NCBI GenBank assembly: GCA_963724215.1
Contig: CAVRTZ010000008.1
Span: 197,651-261,650 of the forward strand
Length of the DNA stretch: 64,000 nucleotides
Source of the DNA: an uncultured Ignavibacteria bacterium
GTDB lineage: Bacteria; Bacteroidota; Ignavibacteria; UBA10030; SZUA-254
Reading direction: 5' to 3'
Part shown: positions 28,166 to 40,343 of the stretch, piece by piece
How positions within the stretch are numbered: position 1 is the stretch's first letter
How the letters are laid out: each line of letters starts with the position of its first letter
Notes under the pieces: model-generated
Seen by the model: only the letters and a program-made list of their open reading frames with translations
What the model was told of the DNA's origin: nothing
Database searches by the model: none
Translations under genes and position numbers: made by a program

Positions 28166-31100
28166 TTATTTCACCAGCATCATCTTCTTCGCGTCGATGA
28201 ACGTACCCGCCTGGAATTTGTACAGGTAGAGGCCGCTCGGAAGTTCGGAGAGGTCCGCTTCCACCGAGTACCGTCCGGGGGCATAATCCCTGTCGGCGAG
28301 CGTCCTCACCAGCTGGCCGAGCGCGTTGTACACCGTCAGCCGGACCCGGGACCCGGCCGCGATGTCGAACGAGATACGGGTGGTCGGGTTGAAGGGGTTC
28401 GGGTAGTTCTGGCCGAGGGAGAATTCGGACGGCGTGCCGACCGTCGCCGTCGTACGCACGGCGATCGTATGCGCGTCCGACCCGGAGATGACGATCTTTT
28501 CGTCGGCCCGGAGATGATGCGTCGCGACGGCCTTCCCGCCGGCGTATTCCGCAAGCGAGTAATCGCCCGGCGCGGCCGCGCCCGGCTTGAACGATACCGT
28601 CAGCGGCCATTTCACGCCCTGCATCCGGATCGGCAATTCGATCGCCGCGTCTGCCCCGATGCGTCCCGCCATCCTGCTGTCCGTGAAACGCGCGTCGAAC
28701 GCACCTTCCGGTGGAACGGGCGGCATCTCGAAGGCCCTGAAATCCCCGTCGTCGGTGGCGACGTAGAGCGACTGTTTCGCGCCCGAGGCGTCCGTCATCG
28801 CAACCTCGGAGAGCCCGGCCGTCGGAAGCGCCGCGGCCTTGGGCGATGCCGCCGGTCCGAGAGTGATTTGCCCGGACGCGCTGGTCTTCACCCAGTATCC
28901 CTTCCCGGGCGTGAGGACCGTCGCGGCGGAATAGCCGTTGTTGTATGCCCACACCGTGCCGGCGATGATCCCGCCGGAGGGTGCGATTACCGCGTGGTCG
29001 ACGGCGCCGATGATGTTCCACCCGGAATCGAGCGTCACCACGGCGGAGTCGAGCGGCAGGCCCGCGACGGACTGGTTGATCCCCGCGGGGAATTTGCTCC
29101 AGTAGCCGATGCCCGCCTCGAGCGTGTCGCGGTGGACGTATCCGCTGTCGACGGTGAACGCCCACGTGGTCCCGCCGATGACGGTGGGGTAGACGGCGGA
29201 GACGGTGGGGTTGACCGCGTCGAGCGGCCTGGAGATCAGGTTCCAGCCGGTCGAGAGGGCGACCGACAGCGACCCCGTCCCGGAGGGTTCGACGTGGAAG
29301 CAACTGTCGGGACCCGGCCAGTCGGTGAGGGGGCTCAGCGTCGTCGTGACGTCCCCCGCGGGGCCGGTGAGCCCGGTGGCGAAGTCGACGTACCGGTAAT
29401 CGCCGCCGAGGAAGTCCTTCATCCCGATCATGGCCCCGATGTCGGAGCCGCCGAACGTGCCGGCGACCACCGGCCCGTAGCTGATGTCGAACGCGTTCGA
29501 CGTCTCGTACAGCCGGATCTGGAAGTTGACGACGGTCGTCGTGAGTCCGGCGTCGTAGTAGGCCCGCATGTTCTTCCACTGGACCGTGAAGATGCGCGTC
29601 GGCGCCGAGCCGGTGACGAGGTATTTCACCGAGGAGCCGGCCACGTCCATGCTGAGGTCCTCCCACCAGGCGCCGATCGCCTTCGTGGGGCGGGCGGTCG
29701 ACCCGAGGGTGCCGTTCTGGTTCGCGCCGCAGCAGCCGAGCTGGCCCCCGGTGGAGAGGCCGCGCGTCGTGCCGTCGGTCCCGGCGCCGAATTCGATCCA
29801 GCCGTTGGTGCTGATCTGGACCTTGTTGTAAGGGAAACCGTCGAATTCGAACGAGAAGGGAATCGGCACGGTCATCTGGACGTCGTCGCCGAACGGGCCG
29901 GCGCCCCCGCCCGCCATCTCGACGTACGGGCACCCGGTTTTCGAGACGAGGTAGGTCTGGATCGTCGGCGCGAGCACCGTGCTGAAGGTCGTGGAGAGCG
30001 TGTCGTTCCCGCTGAGGCTGTCGTACTGCAGAGATATCGCCTGGACCGTGAAATTGCCGGTGTCGACCGGCGTGTAACTTCCGGGGAAGGTGACCTGGCG
30101 GATTTCGGCGACGCCGAGAAGTTTCGTCCGGAGGACGTTGGAATAGACCTCGGACGCATTGTGCAGGATCCTCAGTTGAACGTCGAAGGAATCGGAACCC
30201 GCGGTCACCCCGCTGTTCCTGAACGACGCCTTCAGGGGGCTGATCGGCGAGTTGACGTTCAGGACCCCGCCGGGGGCGGGCGAGGTGACGGCGTACGCCT
30301 TGTAGTCGAAGAAACCGGCCGGCACCTCGTTGAGCATCTTGCGCTCGTAGGCACCGTTGCCGTGGGTCCCCACCCTGATGCTCCGGTTCGACGGCGATAT
30401 GCTCAGGTCGGAGACGATGACGCCGTCGGGGAGCCCTTCGCCGAATCCCGACCAGGAGGTGCCGCCGTTCGTGGAGACGTAGACGCTGATGTCGTTCCCG
30501 ACGTACACGATGTCCGGGTCGAGCGGGTCGATCGCGATGGAGGTCGCCGGGGCGTCCGGGAGGGTGCCGCTGATGTCCGTCCAGGTCCCGCCGGCGTTGG
30601 TCGACTTGAAGACGTGGCCCGATCCGAACCCGCCCATGGCGATGTACACCGTCGCGGCGTCGGTCGGGTCGACGCGGAGGTCCATCGGGTACCTGTCCGG
30701 CAGGGTGCCGGTGATGTTCGTCCAGCCCGATCCGTTCACCCACCGGAAGACATCGGCATTGTTGACGTACGGCGCCATCCCGGCGTAGAGCGTGTCGAGC
30801 GTGGTGGAGGGCATCCCGAGGCAGAGCGCCTGGTTGCCGCCGTCCAGCAGGCCGGAGATGTCAGTGAAGGCCGTGCCGCCGGTCGTGGAGCGGTAGATCC
30901 GGGAAGTGCCGACGATGACCGTGAGCGGGTCGGCGGGCGACACGACCACCGGCGTGTTCCAGGCCCCGGCGGCGAAACTCGCCAGGCCGGAGAACGACGC
31001 ACCCCGGTCGGTGGATTTATAGAGGACGCCGCCGAAACGGTTCACGGCGTACATGATGTCGTCGTTCGACGGGTCGATGGCGGTCCACCCGGCCTCGTCG

Positions 31101-32533
31101 ACCGCGCTCTGCGCCCAGTCGAGCCCGCCGGTATAGATGTACCCCGGGATGTGGTCCTGTGACTGGACGAGGGCGAGGTTGGAATCGGTCGTCGAGCTCG
31201 CCAGCCCCTTGTAGAGCTGGCCGGTCTGCATCCCCGTGCCGACGTCGGTGAAACTCTGCCCGAAGTTGGTGGAACGGTAGATGCCGTCGTCGTTCGCCGA
31301 GTAAATGACGTCGGGATCGGTCGGGTCGATGGCGAACCCGTGGTTGTCGGAATAGAGTCCGGACGTGCCGAGGAACGTCAGTCCGCCGTCTGTGGATTTC
31401 GACGAGCCGACCGAGGCGGTGAATACCTGGCTGCTGTCGGTGGGGTGCACGGCGGCGTAGTGCGAGTACCATCCCTGCACGCCGTAGATCCCGTTGGTGG
31501 TGTAGTTGCTCAGTTCGATCCAGCTGGCCCCGAAGTCGGTGGTGCGCCAGGTCCCCCCGACGCCGGTCACGCTGTCGCAGACGCTGGCGTAGACCCGGTC
31601 GGGGTTCGCCTCGTACATGTGGAGCTGCGTCTTCCCGGAGTAGGGCGGCAGGTCGGGCACCGGCAGCCAGGTCGTGCCGCCGTCGGTGGTGCGGTACACG
31701 CCCCCCGCCGGGGTGCTGAGGTTGCCGAACGCCCCGAGCACCCTGTTCGTGTCGGTCAGGTGGACGACCACGTCGGTGGCCATGACCACCGGCCAGACGT
31801 TGTTCCATGTCCCGCCCGCGTCGGTCGACTTGTACATCCCCTCGGTCGTGGCGGCCCAGACCGTGGAGGGATTGAGCGGGTTCAGCTTCATCGCCTGGAC
31901 CCCGCGCTGCTGGTTATAGGTCCAGTCGAGGCTCTTGGACCACGTGGTCCCCCCGTCGGTGGATTTGAGGATGCCGAGGCCGTAACTCCCGCGGGTGGTC
32001 CGCACGATCAGCCCGCCGGTGGCGCCGAGGTACCGGTAGACTTCCCCCGTCCCGAGATACATCACGTTCGTGTCGACCGGGTCGATGACGACCGCGCCGA
32101 TGCCGAGCGCGGGGAACCCCAGGTCGACCATTTCCCAGTCGCCCCCCAGGCCGCCGCCGTACGACCTCCAGAGGCCGCCGCTGGCGGTACCGAGATAGAC
32201 GGTATTCTTGTTCTGCGGGTTGATGGCCACAGAGAGCGACCGCCCGTGGAGGTTGGTGGGACCGATCGGCTCCCAGGTCGCGCTCGACGCGAGCTCCCTC
32301 GGGACCTGCTTGATGTTCCTCTTCGAGGAGAGGAACGCCTTGTAATACTTGTCCGCCGGGATGTCGTCGTTCGGGTAGGCCCGTGACGCCGTCCAGAATT
32401 CGAGGGCCTCCATGGCGCCGGAGCGGCGCGTGTTGGCTTCGCCGGGCAGCGGGTCTTTCAGGCCCTGACGGGCGATGAAGGCTCCCGCGAACACCGCGGC
32501 AGCGATTGCGAGCAAAAGGGAGGTGCGTTTCAT
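28166..32533 (-). CDS. Very large secreted BNR/sortilin(VPS10)-like repeat protein with a T9SS C-terminal sorting domain
   Basis: 1455 aa. Signal peptide MKRTSLLLAIAAAVFAGA. Many STDGGTTW / TTDGGTTW BNR-like repeats. C-terminal ..FSLGQNYPNPFNPTTRISFDIA..YLYKFQAG.. Por secretion tail. Confidence 0.8.
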   Translation of the reverse strand: MKRTSLLLAIAAAVFAGAFIARQGLKDPLPGEANTRRSGAMEALEFWTASRAYPNDDIPADKYYKAFLSSKRNIKQVPRELASSATWEPIGPTNLHGRSLSVAINPQNKNTVYLGTASGGLWRSYGGGLGGDWEMVDLGFPALGIGAVVIDPVDTNVMYLGTGEVYRYLGATGGLIVRTTRGSYGLGILKSTDGGTTWSKSLDWTYNQQRGVQAMKLNPLNPSTVWAATTEGMYKSTDAGGTWNNVWPVVMATDVVVHLTDTNRVLGAFGNLSTPAGGVYRTTDGGTTWLPVPDLPPYSGKTQLHMYEANPDRVYASVCDSVTGVGGTWRTTDFGASWIELSNYTTNGIYGVQGWYSHYAAVHPTDSSQVFTASVGSSKSTDGGLTFLGTSGLYSDNHGFAIDPTDPDVIYSANDDGIYRSTNFGQSFTDVGTGMQTGQLYKGLASSTTDSNLALVQSQDHIPGYIYTGGLDWAQSAVDEAGWTAIDPSNDDIMYAVNRFGGVLYKSTDRGASFSGLASFAAGAWNTPVVVSPADPLTVIVGTSRIYRSTTGGTAFTDISGLLDGGNQALCLGMPSTTLDTLYAGMAPYVNNADVFRWVNGSGWTNITGTLPDRYPMDLRVDPTDAATVYIAMGGFGSGHVFKSTNAGGTWTDISGTLPDAPATSIAIDPLDPDIVYVGNDISVYVSTNGGTSWSGFGEGLPDGVIVSDLSISPSNRSIRVGTHGNGAYERKMLNEVPAGFFDYKAYAVTSPAPGGVLNVNSPISPLKASFRNSGVTAGSDSFDVQLRILHNASEVYSNVLRTKLLGVAEIRQVTFPGSYTPVDTGNFTVQAISLQYDSLSGNDTLSTTFSTVLAPTIQTYLVSKTGCPYVEMAGGGAGPFGDDVQMTVPIPFSFEFDGFPYNKVQISTNGWIEFGAGTDGTTRGLSTGGQLGCCGANQNGTLGSTARPTKAIGAWWEDLSMDVAGSSVKYLVTGSAPTRIFTVQWKNMRAYYDAGLTTTVVNFQIRLYETSNAFDISYGPVVAGTFGGSDIGAMIGMKDFLGGDYRYVDFATGLTGPAGDVTTTLSPLTDWPGPDSCFHVEPSGTGSLSVALSTGWNLISRPLDAVNPTVSAVYPTVIGGTTWAFTVDSGYVHRDTLEAGIGYWSKFPAGINQSVAGLPLDSAVVTLDSGWNIIGAVDHAVIAPSGGIIAGTVWAYNNGYSAATVLTPGKGYWVKTSASGQITLGPAASPKAAALPTAGLSEVAMTDASGAKQSLYVATDDGDFRAFEMPPVPPEGAFDARFTDSRMAGRIGADAAIELPIRMQGVKWPLTVSFKPGAAAPGDYSLAEYAGGKAVATHHLRADEKIVISGSDAHTIAVRTTATVGTPSEFSLGQNYPNPFNPTTRISFDIAAGSRVRLTVYNALGQLVRTLADRDYAPGRYSVEADLSELPSGLYLYKFQAGTFIDAKKMMLVK

Positions 32534-32554
32534 GGTCGTACTCCTTTAAAGGGG

Positions 32555-32590
32555 GGGGATGGATGACGCATTGTACCATAACTGCGCCCG
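32555..32590 (-). promoter_or_regulatory. Sigma70-like promoter of the large T9SS BNR gene
   Basis: Minus strand: TTGCTA, then a 17-nt spacer ending in TGG, then TACAAT (extended -10), then a C8 tract, then AAAGGAG SD 7 nt before the ATG. Confidence 0.5.
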
Positions 32591-32605
32591 AATAGCAAGG
32601 CGATG

Positions 32606-32665
32606 GCGGAAAAACGATGGAGCGATGATGGACGACGGCGAACGACGCGATCCGACCGTCGCCTT
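32606..32665 (-). terminator. Candidate terminator downstream of pyrG
   Basis: Minus-strand hairpin CGACGG..CCGTCG followed by a CGUUUUUCC run. Confidence 0.3.
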
Positions 32666-32698
32666 CCCGCGGCCGGCTGGCCGGTCCGGCGGGGCGGG

Positions 32699-34960
<2,262 letters not shown>

Positions 34961-34964
<4 letters not shown>

Positions 34965-35719
34965 GCCCCCCTCGCCAGGACGTGGTCCTTGTAGAACTTC
35001 CTCGCCTTCGCGAGGTCGCCGGGAGTGTCCACCGAGACGGTCTCGAAATTTCCCGCGGTCACCCTGATCCTGAAGCCGTGCTCGAGGATCCTGAGCTGTT
35101 CGAGTTTCTCGGCCGTCTCGAGGGGCGTCGGCGCCCAGGAGGCGACCTTCAACAGGAAATCCCGGCGGTACGCGTACAGGCCGAAATGCCGGTAGACGGT
35201 GCACGGGCCGCCGTCTCTATTGTACGGGATCGGGGAACGCGAAAAGTAGAGGGCGTCGCCGTTGAGGGCGACCGCCACCTTTACGACGGCGGGATCGGAG
35301 AGTTCCTCCCCGCCCGAAATCGGCGCGACCACGGTCGCCGTGACGACCTCCGCGTCGTCGACGAGCGGCCTCGCGGCGGCGTCGATCATTTCGCCGGTCA
35401 CGAACGGCTCGTCCCCCTGGACGTTCACCAGGATCGGGTTTCCCGGGAGCGTCTTCGCGAAGAAGGCGATCCGGTCGCTCCCCGATTGAAGGTCCGCCGG
35501 GGTCATGACCGCCTCGCCGCCGAACTTCCTGACGGCGGCCGCGACCTCTTCGTGGTCCGTCACCACCACCACCCTCGTGACGAGGCCGGCCTCCTTCGCG
35601 CGCTCCGCCACGTGCTGCACCATCGGCTTGCCGCCGATGTCCGCGAGTGGTTTGCCCGGGAGCCGGACGGAGGCGTGCCTCGCCGGAATGACCGCGATGA
35701 TGTCGGCGGGGCGGGCCAC
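34961..35719 (-). CDS. kdsB: 3-deoxy-manno-octulosonate cytidylyltransferase
   Basis: IIAVIPARHASVRLPGKPL.. nucleotidyltransferase N-terminus. 252 aa. Confidence 0.9.
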
Positions 35720-35720
35720 T

Positions 35721-36014
35721 TCAGCGCTCGCCCCTCACGGTCGGCACCTTGAAAAACTTCTCCGTGCGGTCGGGGGCGTTCCTGAGCGCCTCCTCCCGGG
35801 GGAGCGACGGGGTGACGGCGTCGTCGCGCATCACGTTCGTAAGATCGATCACATGCAGGAGCGGTTCGACCTTCGACGTGTCGAGGCGGTTCAACTGCTC
35901 CATGTAGGCCAGGATCTCGTTGAGCTGGCCGGTGTACATTTCTTTTTCCTTGTCGCTCAAGGAGAGCCGCGCGAGGGCGGCGACGTATTCGACCTCTTTC
36001 GTCGTGACGGACAT
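35721..36014 (-). CDS. gatC: Asp/Glu-tRNA amidotransferase subunit C
   Basis: 97 aa, ..VEYVAALARLSLSDKEKEMYTGQLNEILAYMEQLNRLDT.. which is typical GatC. Confidence 0.85.
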   Translation of the reverse strand: MSVTTKEVEYVAALARLSLSDKEKEMYTGQLNEILAYMEQLNRLDTSKVEPLLHVIDLTNVMRDDAVTPSLPREEALRNAPDRTEKFFKVPTVRGER

Positions 36015-36017
36015 GGT

Positions 36018-36737
36018 TCAGGCTCCCTGGTGAAGGTTGCGCGCGATGACTTCGCGGACGCGGTCGCGCAGCTGCAGTTCCGCCTCCTTGCCGTTGGCGC
36101 CCGGAGGCTCGATGGGGGCGTCCACCACCAGCGAGATCGCGCCCGACCGGACCCGCCAGGAATCGCGCGGGAGAACGTCGTGGCTGCCCCGGAGGGTGAC
36201 GGGGACGACCGGGATGCCCGCCTTCACCGCGAGGTTGAACGGCCCGCGCTTGAACGCCTGGAGTTTTCCGTCGGCGGAGCGGGTCCCCTCGGCGAACAGC
36301 AGGACCGAGGAGCCTTCCCTGATTTTCCGCGCCGTGTCCTCCAGGGTCTGCAGGGCGTCGGAGGACTGGCCGCGGTCGATGGCGATGTAGGTCTTCCCGA
36401 GCTTCAGCCCCCAGCCGAAGAACGGGACTTTCTCGAGCTCTTTTTTATACACGAGGCGGACGTCCTGCGGGATCCCCGCGAGCACCGAGGGGATGTCGAA
36501 GTAGCTCGCGTGGTTCGAGACGAACACGTAATTGCGGCTGAGGTCGAGGCGCTCGGTGCCCGTCGCGCTCAGTGTCACGCCCGACATCGCGAGCACGCCG
36601 CGGGCGTGGAACCTCGCCAGCTGGTGGAAGATCTTCCCCGTCCGGTGGAACGGCACCGCCAGGATCTCCAGCGTCGACACGAACACCGTGAAGAGGACCA
36701 GGATGACGAGCCGGAAGGCGGAGAGAAGGAAATTCAT
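36018..36737 (-). CDS. plsC: 1-acyl-sn-glycerol-3-phosphate acyltransferase
   Basis: HxxxxD motif VSNHASYFD, and FAEGTRS. Confidence 0.85.
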   Translation of the reverse strand: MNFLLSAFRLVILVLFTVFVSTLEILAVPFHRTGKIFHQLARFHARGVLAMSGVTLSATGTERLDLSRNYVFVSNHASYFDIPSVLAGIPQDVRLVYKKELEKVPFFGWGLKLGKTYIAIDRGQSSDALQTLEDTARKIREGSSVLLFAEGTRSADGKLQAFKRGPFNLAVKAGIPVVPVTLRGSHDVLPRDSWRVRSGAISLVVDAPIEPPGANGKEAELQLRDRVREVIARNLHQGA

Positions 36738-36911
36738 GACGGGCTCGGGCCTCCGTGCGGGGCGGTGATCCTCGGGAGGAATCGTGTGCCGGAGGCGGGG
36801 TCGCGATCAGTGGAGCTGGGGGGAGTCTGGCCGGGTGATGACGTATCGTTGAAATTGAACGGGAATGACACGACGTCGGCCTCGGAACGGGTGAAGAACT
36901 TCGTGGTTTGC

Positions 36912-36944
36912 TCATAGTACGAAACGGGTGGTAGAAATGCAACA
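36912..36944 (-). promoter_or_regulatory. Sigma70-like promoter upstream of the plsC-gatC-kdsB-DUF502-pyrG gene string
   Basis: Minus strand: TTGCAT, a 17-nt spacer, then TACTAT, about 170 nt upstream of the plsC ATG. Confidence 0.4.
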
Positions 36945-37020
36945 CACCGCGCCGTGACGGGAGCCGCGCGTTGCGCCGGGAGGAAGCCGGCGCGCGGGAA
37001 GGGAGATCGCGGTGCGGGAA

Positions 37021-37977
37021 TTATTCCCGGGAGCCCGGGGTCGGGCCGAGCGGATCAACGGCGCCGGAGAACCGGGCCCAGCGGCCCGTCAGGAGCGGCG
37101 CGGTCGTCACGGTCAGGGCCATGAAGACCGCGCCCCCGACCAGGTCGATGACGTAGTGGTACCGGAGATAGACGGTGCTGATGATGAGGAGCGTGCCGAG
37201 GACGGTGATGACGTGCCTCGAGCGTATTGCGTATTTCCAGGAGAAGTACATGGTGATCAGTGTCATCTGTGTGTGGCCGCTCGGGAAGACGTCGCGCTGG
37301 GCGAGCTCCATCGGGTTCGGCGCGCCCCGGGGGATCGATTCCCCGGCGTTGATGGCGTCGCGAAGGAAATTCGTCAGGAAGAGGCCGGGGAGCTCGGTGT
37401 TGAGCGAGCCGAAATCGTGGAGGGTAAACCTCGGCCCGACACCCGGGAAGGCAATGTAGCCGGCGTACGAGAGGAAGAACCCGTAGACGACCGTGAAGAT
37501 CACGAACGAAAAGACCCCCCGCGGGTCGCGCCGGTAGAGCTCCACCCCGAGCGCGATCATGATGAAGTAATAACTCGTGTAGGAGAGCTGGAGGAGCTCG
37601 GTCAGCGCGGGATGGGCGAAGCGCGAAATCCACACCGTCGGGTCGACGCCGAACATCCAGCGGTCGACGGCGATGAACGCCGCGTCGTAATCGGTCCGGG
37701 CCATCGACTGGATCACGACGTGCACCTCCTTGAACGCCACGAAGATCATCGGGACGGGATAGAAGTCCCGGACGATGCCGAGGGCGCGGTTGCGGGTCGA
37801 CGCGGCGGCACGGCCCAGGGAGAGGATCGCCGCCGTGATCGCCAGGTTGACGCCGAGGAGGTTGAGCGAACCGCCGCCGGTCCCCTCGACCGCCATGAGG
37901 AAAAACGTCAGGGCGAAGATGAACACGATGATGAGGGCGTCCACGGCCCGGAGATATTTCAGGGAGAAGATTCGCAT
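37021..37977 (-). CDS. PAP2-superfamily membrane phosphatase/transferase
   Basis: Polytopic membrane protein. PSGHT motif and LRYHYVIDLVGG (SRx5Hx3D-like) motif. Confidence 0.75.
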   Translation of the reverse strand: MRIFSLKYLRAVDALIIVFIFALTFFLMAVEGTGGGSLNLLGVNLAITAAILSLGRAAASTRNRALGIVRDFYPVPMIFVAFKEVHVVIQSMARTDYDAAFIAVDRWMFGVDPTVWISRFAHPALTELLQLSYTSYYFIMIALGVELYRRDPRGVFSFVIFTVVYGFFLSYAGYIAFPGVGPRFTLHDFGSLNTELPGLFLTNFLRDAINAGESIPRGAPNPMELAQRDVFPSGHTQMTLITMYFSWKYAIRSRHVITVLGTLLIISTVYLRYHYVIDLVGGAVFMALTVTTAPLLTGRWARFSGAVDPLGPTPGSRE

Positions 37978-37992
37978 GGGGCCCTCCGCGCG

Positions 37993-39429
37993 TCAGGCGA
38001 TCCAGTGGAGGAGCGCGGTGGATAGCGACAGGAAGATCGTGATCCCCACGACGTCCTGGAAGGCGGTCTCGAACGGGCCGGCGGTCATCGCGGGATCGAA
38101 GCCGAACCGTTTCGAAAGCATCGGAGTCGCCGTCCCCACAAGGCCGGAGAGGTTGACGGAGATGAACATCGAGAAGGCGACGACGAGGCCGAATTCCCAT
38201 TTTCCGTGCCAGAGCGTCCCGATCACGCCGATGACGATTCCGCACGCCCCCCCGATGATGAGCGTGGTCTGGAGCTGCCGGACGAGCGGCTGCCACCACC
38301 GATCCAGCGAAATATGGCCGGTGGCGAGTGCGCGCACCACGATGGCCGCCGACTGCAGTCCCGTGTTCCCGGAGATGGCCGAGATGATCGGCATGAAGGA
38401 CGCGAGCAGGATGACCCTGCTCAGCGTCTGGTCGAAATGATGGATCACCACGCCGGCCCCGAACTCCATCACGAGCGTGATCAGCACCCAGGGGAGCCGC
38501 AGCAGGGCGATCTGCGCCGGGGAGCGCCTCTCCATCTCGTCGGCGTCGGACCCGACCAGTCTCGCCACGTCTTCGGAGTGTTCCTCCTCGATGACGTCGA
38601 CGATGTCGTCGATGGAGATCCTGCCCACGAGTTTTCCTGCCGGGTCGACCACCGGGAGGGTCACCAGGTCGTACTTCCGGAACATCCCCGCCACCTCCTC
38701 CTGGTCCACGTCGGCAAGGATGCTCTTCGGCTCGGCGTCCATGATCTTGTAGACGCGCCTCCCCGGGGGGTGGAGGACCAGCGACTGCAGGGGGAGCGAC
38801 CCGACGAGAAGGCCCTGATCGTCGAGAACGTAGACCGTGTAGATCACGAGGTTCTTCTTCGCGTTCGTCCTCACCGCGCGGATCGCCTGCGCGACGGTGT
38901 CGTTCATCCGGACCGCCACGAATTCCCGGCCCATGATGCCGCCGGCGGTGTCCTCCCCGTACTTCATCAGCTCCTGGACGTCGCCCGACTCCTTGGCCGG
39001 CAACGCCCTCAGGACCCTCTCGGCGACGGCGGGGGGGAGTTCGGCGATCAGGTCGGCGGCGTCGTCGGAGGCGAGCAGACCCGCGTAGGCGGTGATCTTC
39101 TCGGAGGGGATCTTCTCCAGGATGAGGGCGCGGGTCTCGGGGTTGAGCTCGCGCAGGACGGCGCTCCCGGTGTCGGTGTCGAGCAGCGCGAAGAGGTATT
39201 CCGCGTCGTCGGGATCGAGCCCGTTCAGGATGACGGCGACGTCGGACGCGTGGAGGTCCGTCAGGATGTTCAGCAGGAGCGGGGCGGCCCGGTCGCGGAT
39301 GAGCCCGCGGATGTCCGCCATCAGCTCGTCGTCGACATCGATCGTTTCCGGCACGGCCGCCGGAACGCTCTTCAGGATCGGGTCTTCGCTGACGAAATTC
39401 TGGTCGAAATCCTTCTGTTCGTCGGTCAT
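37993..39429 (-). CDS. mgtE: Magnesium transporter MgtE
   Basis: Start at the internal Met MTDEQKDF... MgtE N-domain, CBS pair, C-terminal 5-TM domain (..ISGNTGLQSAAIVVRALATG..). Confidence 0.9.
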   Translation of the reverse strand: MTDEQKDFDQNFVSEDPILKSVPAAVPETIDVDDELMADIRGLIRDRAAPLLLNILTDLHASDVAVILNGLDPDDAEYLFALLDTDTGSAVLRELNPETRALILEKIPSEKITAYAGLLASDDAADLIAELPPAVAERVLRALPAKESGDVQELMKYGEDTAGGIMGREFVAVRMNDTVAQAIRAVRTNAKKNLVIYTVYVLDDQGLLVGSLPLQSLVLHPPGRRVYKIMDAEPKSILADVDQEEVAGMFRKYDLVTLPVVDPAGKLVGRISIDDIVDVIEEEHSEDVARLVGSDADEMERRSPAQIALLRLPWVLITLVMEFGAGVVIHHFDQTLSRVILLASFMPIISAISGNTGLQSAAIVVRALATGHISLDRWWQPLVRQLQTTLIIGGACGIVIGVIGTLWHGKWEFGLVVAFSMFISVNLSGLVGTATPMLSKRFGFDPAMTAGPFETAFQDVVGITIFLSLSTALLHWIA

Positions 39430-40343
39430 TGGATGGTTCGTTCCGAGGCTGCTGTTCGTTCCGAGGCTGCTGTTCGTTCCGAGGCTGCTGTTCGTTCCGA
39501 TGGTGTCGTCCGTTCCGATCGTGTGGTCCGTTCGAGGTGCCGCGTGAGCCTGATGAAATCCTCGAGCGGCAGCTGTTCGGCCCGGAGGTCGAGCGACACC
39601 GGGCAACCCGCAAAGTCCCTCTCGGTCGAGACCTCCCTGTCCTCGATGTACTGGAGGCTGTTCCGGAGCGTTTTCCTCCGCTTGCCGAACGCGGCCCGCA
39701 CCACGGCGCGGAAAAACGCGGGATCGAGGTCCGCCGGGAGGGCCTCCCTCATCCGGATCCGGACGATGCTCGACGTGACCTTCGGCTTCGGGGAGAAACA
39801 GTTCGCTGAGATGTCGAACGCGATCTTCGCCTCGCCGTGCAACGCTGTCATCACCGACAGGATGCCGTAATCCTTCACGCCCGGTTTCGACACCACCCTG
39901 AGGGCGACCTCCCGCTGCACCATGAGGGTGCAGTCCGCCACGGCGGGGAATTCCGCGAACATCTTGAACAGGATGGGGCTCGTGAGGTGGTAGGGGATGT
40001 TCCCGACCACGCGGAGTCTACCGCCGCAACGCGCCGCGAGCTCCGCGAGCGACACCCCGAGAATGTCGGCATGGATCACTTCCACCCGGGGGGAGCCGTA
40101 CCGCTCCTTCAGTTCGCCGGTGAGCCTCTGGTCGACCTCGACCAGGAGAAGACGACACCCGGACTCCGCGAGCAGGCCGGTGATGGCCCCCCGTCCCGGC
40201 CCGATTTCGACGACCACGTCGCCGGGGCCCGGGGCGACCGCGCTCACGATCTTCCTCGCGATGTTCCCGTCGACCAGGAAATTCTGGCCGAGGGATTGTT
40301 TGGGCCGGGGGAACGCCGCCCTCACGCCTGTCGCCGCGGTCAC
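39426..40343 (-). CDS. rsmA: 16S rRNA (adenine1518/1519-N6)-dimethyltransferase with a repeat-encoded C-terminal extension
   Basis: SAM-binding VVEIGPGRGAITGLL, catalytic GNIPYHLTSPIL. 305 aa including a ~35 aa hexapeptide-repeat tail. The stop overlaps the mgtE start. Confidence 0.9.
   Translation of the reverse strand: MTAATGVRAAFPRPKQSLGQNFLVDGNIARKIVSAVAPGPGDVVVEIGPGRGAITGLLAESGCRLLLVEVDQRLTGELKERYGSPRVEVIHADILGVSLAELAARCGGRLRVVGNIPYHLTSPILFKMFAEFPAVADCTLMVQREVALRVVSKPGVKDYGILSVMTALHGEAKIAFDISANCFSPKPKVTSSIVRIRMREALPADLDPAFFRAVVRAAFGKRRKTLRNSLQYIEDREVSTERDFAGCPVSLDLRAEQLPLEDFIRLTRHLERTTRSERTTPSERTAASERTAASERTAASERTIQ
39431..39530. repeat. 18-bp tandem repeat (~5.5 copies; TTCCGAGGCTGCTGTTCG unit, the first copies diverged)
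   Basis: Read directly from the sequence. On the minus strand it encodes ERTTRS-ERTTPS-ERTAAS-ERTAAS-ERTAAS-ERT at the KsgA C-terminus. It is open in all six frames. Confidence 0.85.

Noticed and set aside
39431-39530. The 18-bp tandem repeat considered as a CRISPR array.
   Set aside because: The copies are contiguous with no spacers, the unit is too short, the repeat is coding (the KsgA tail), and there are no cas genes.
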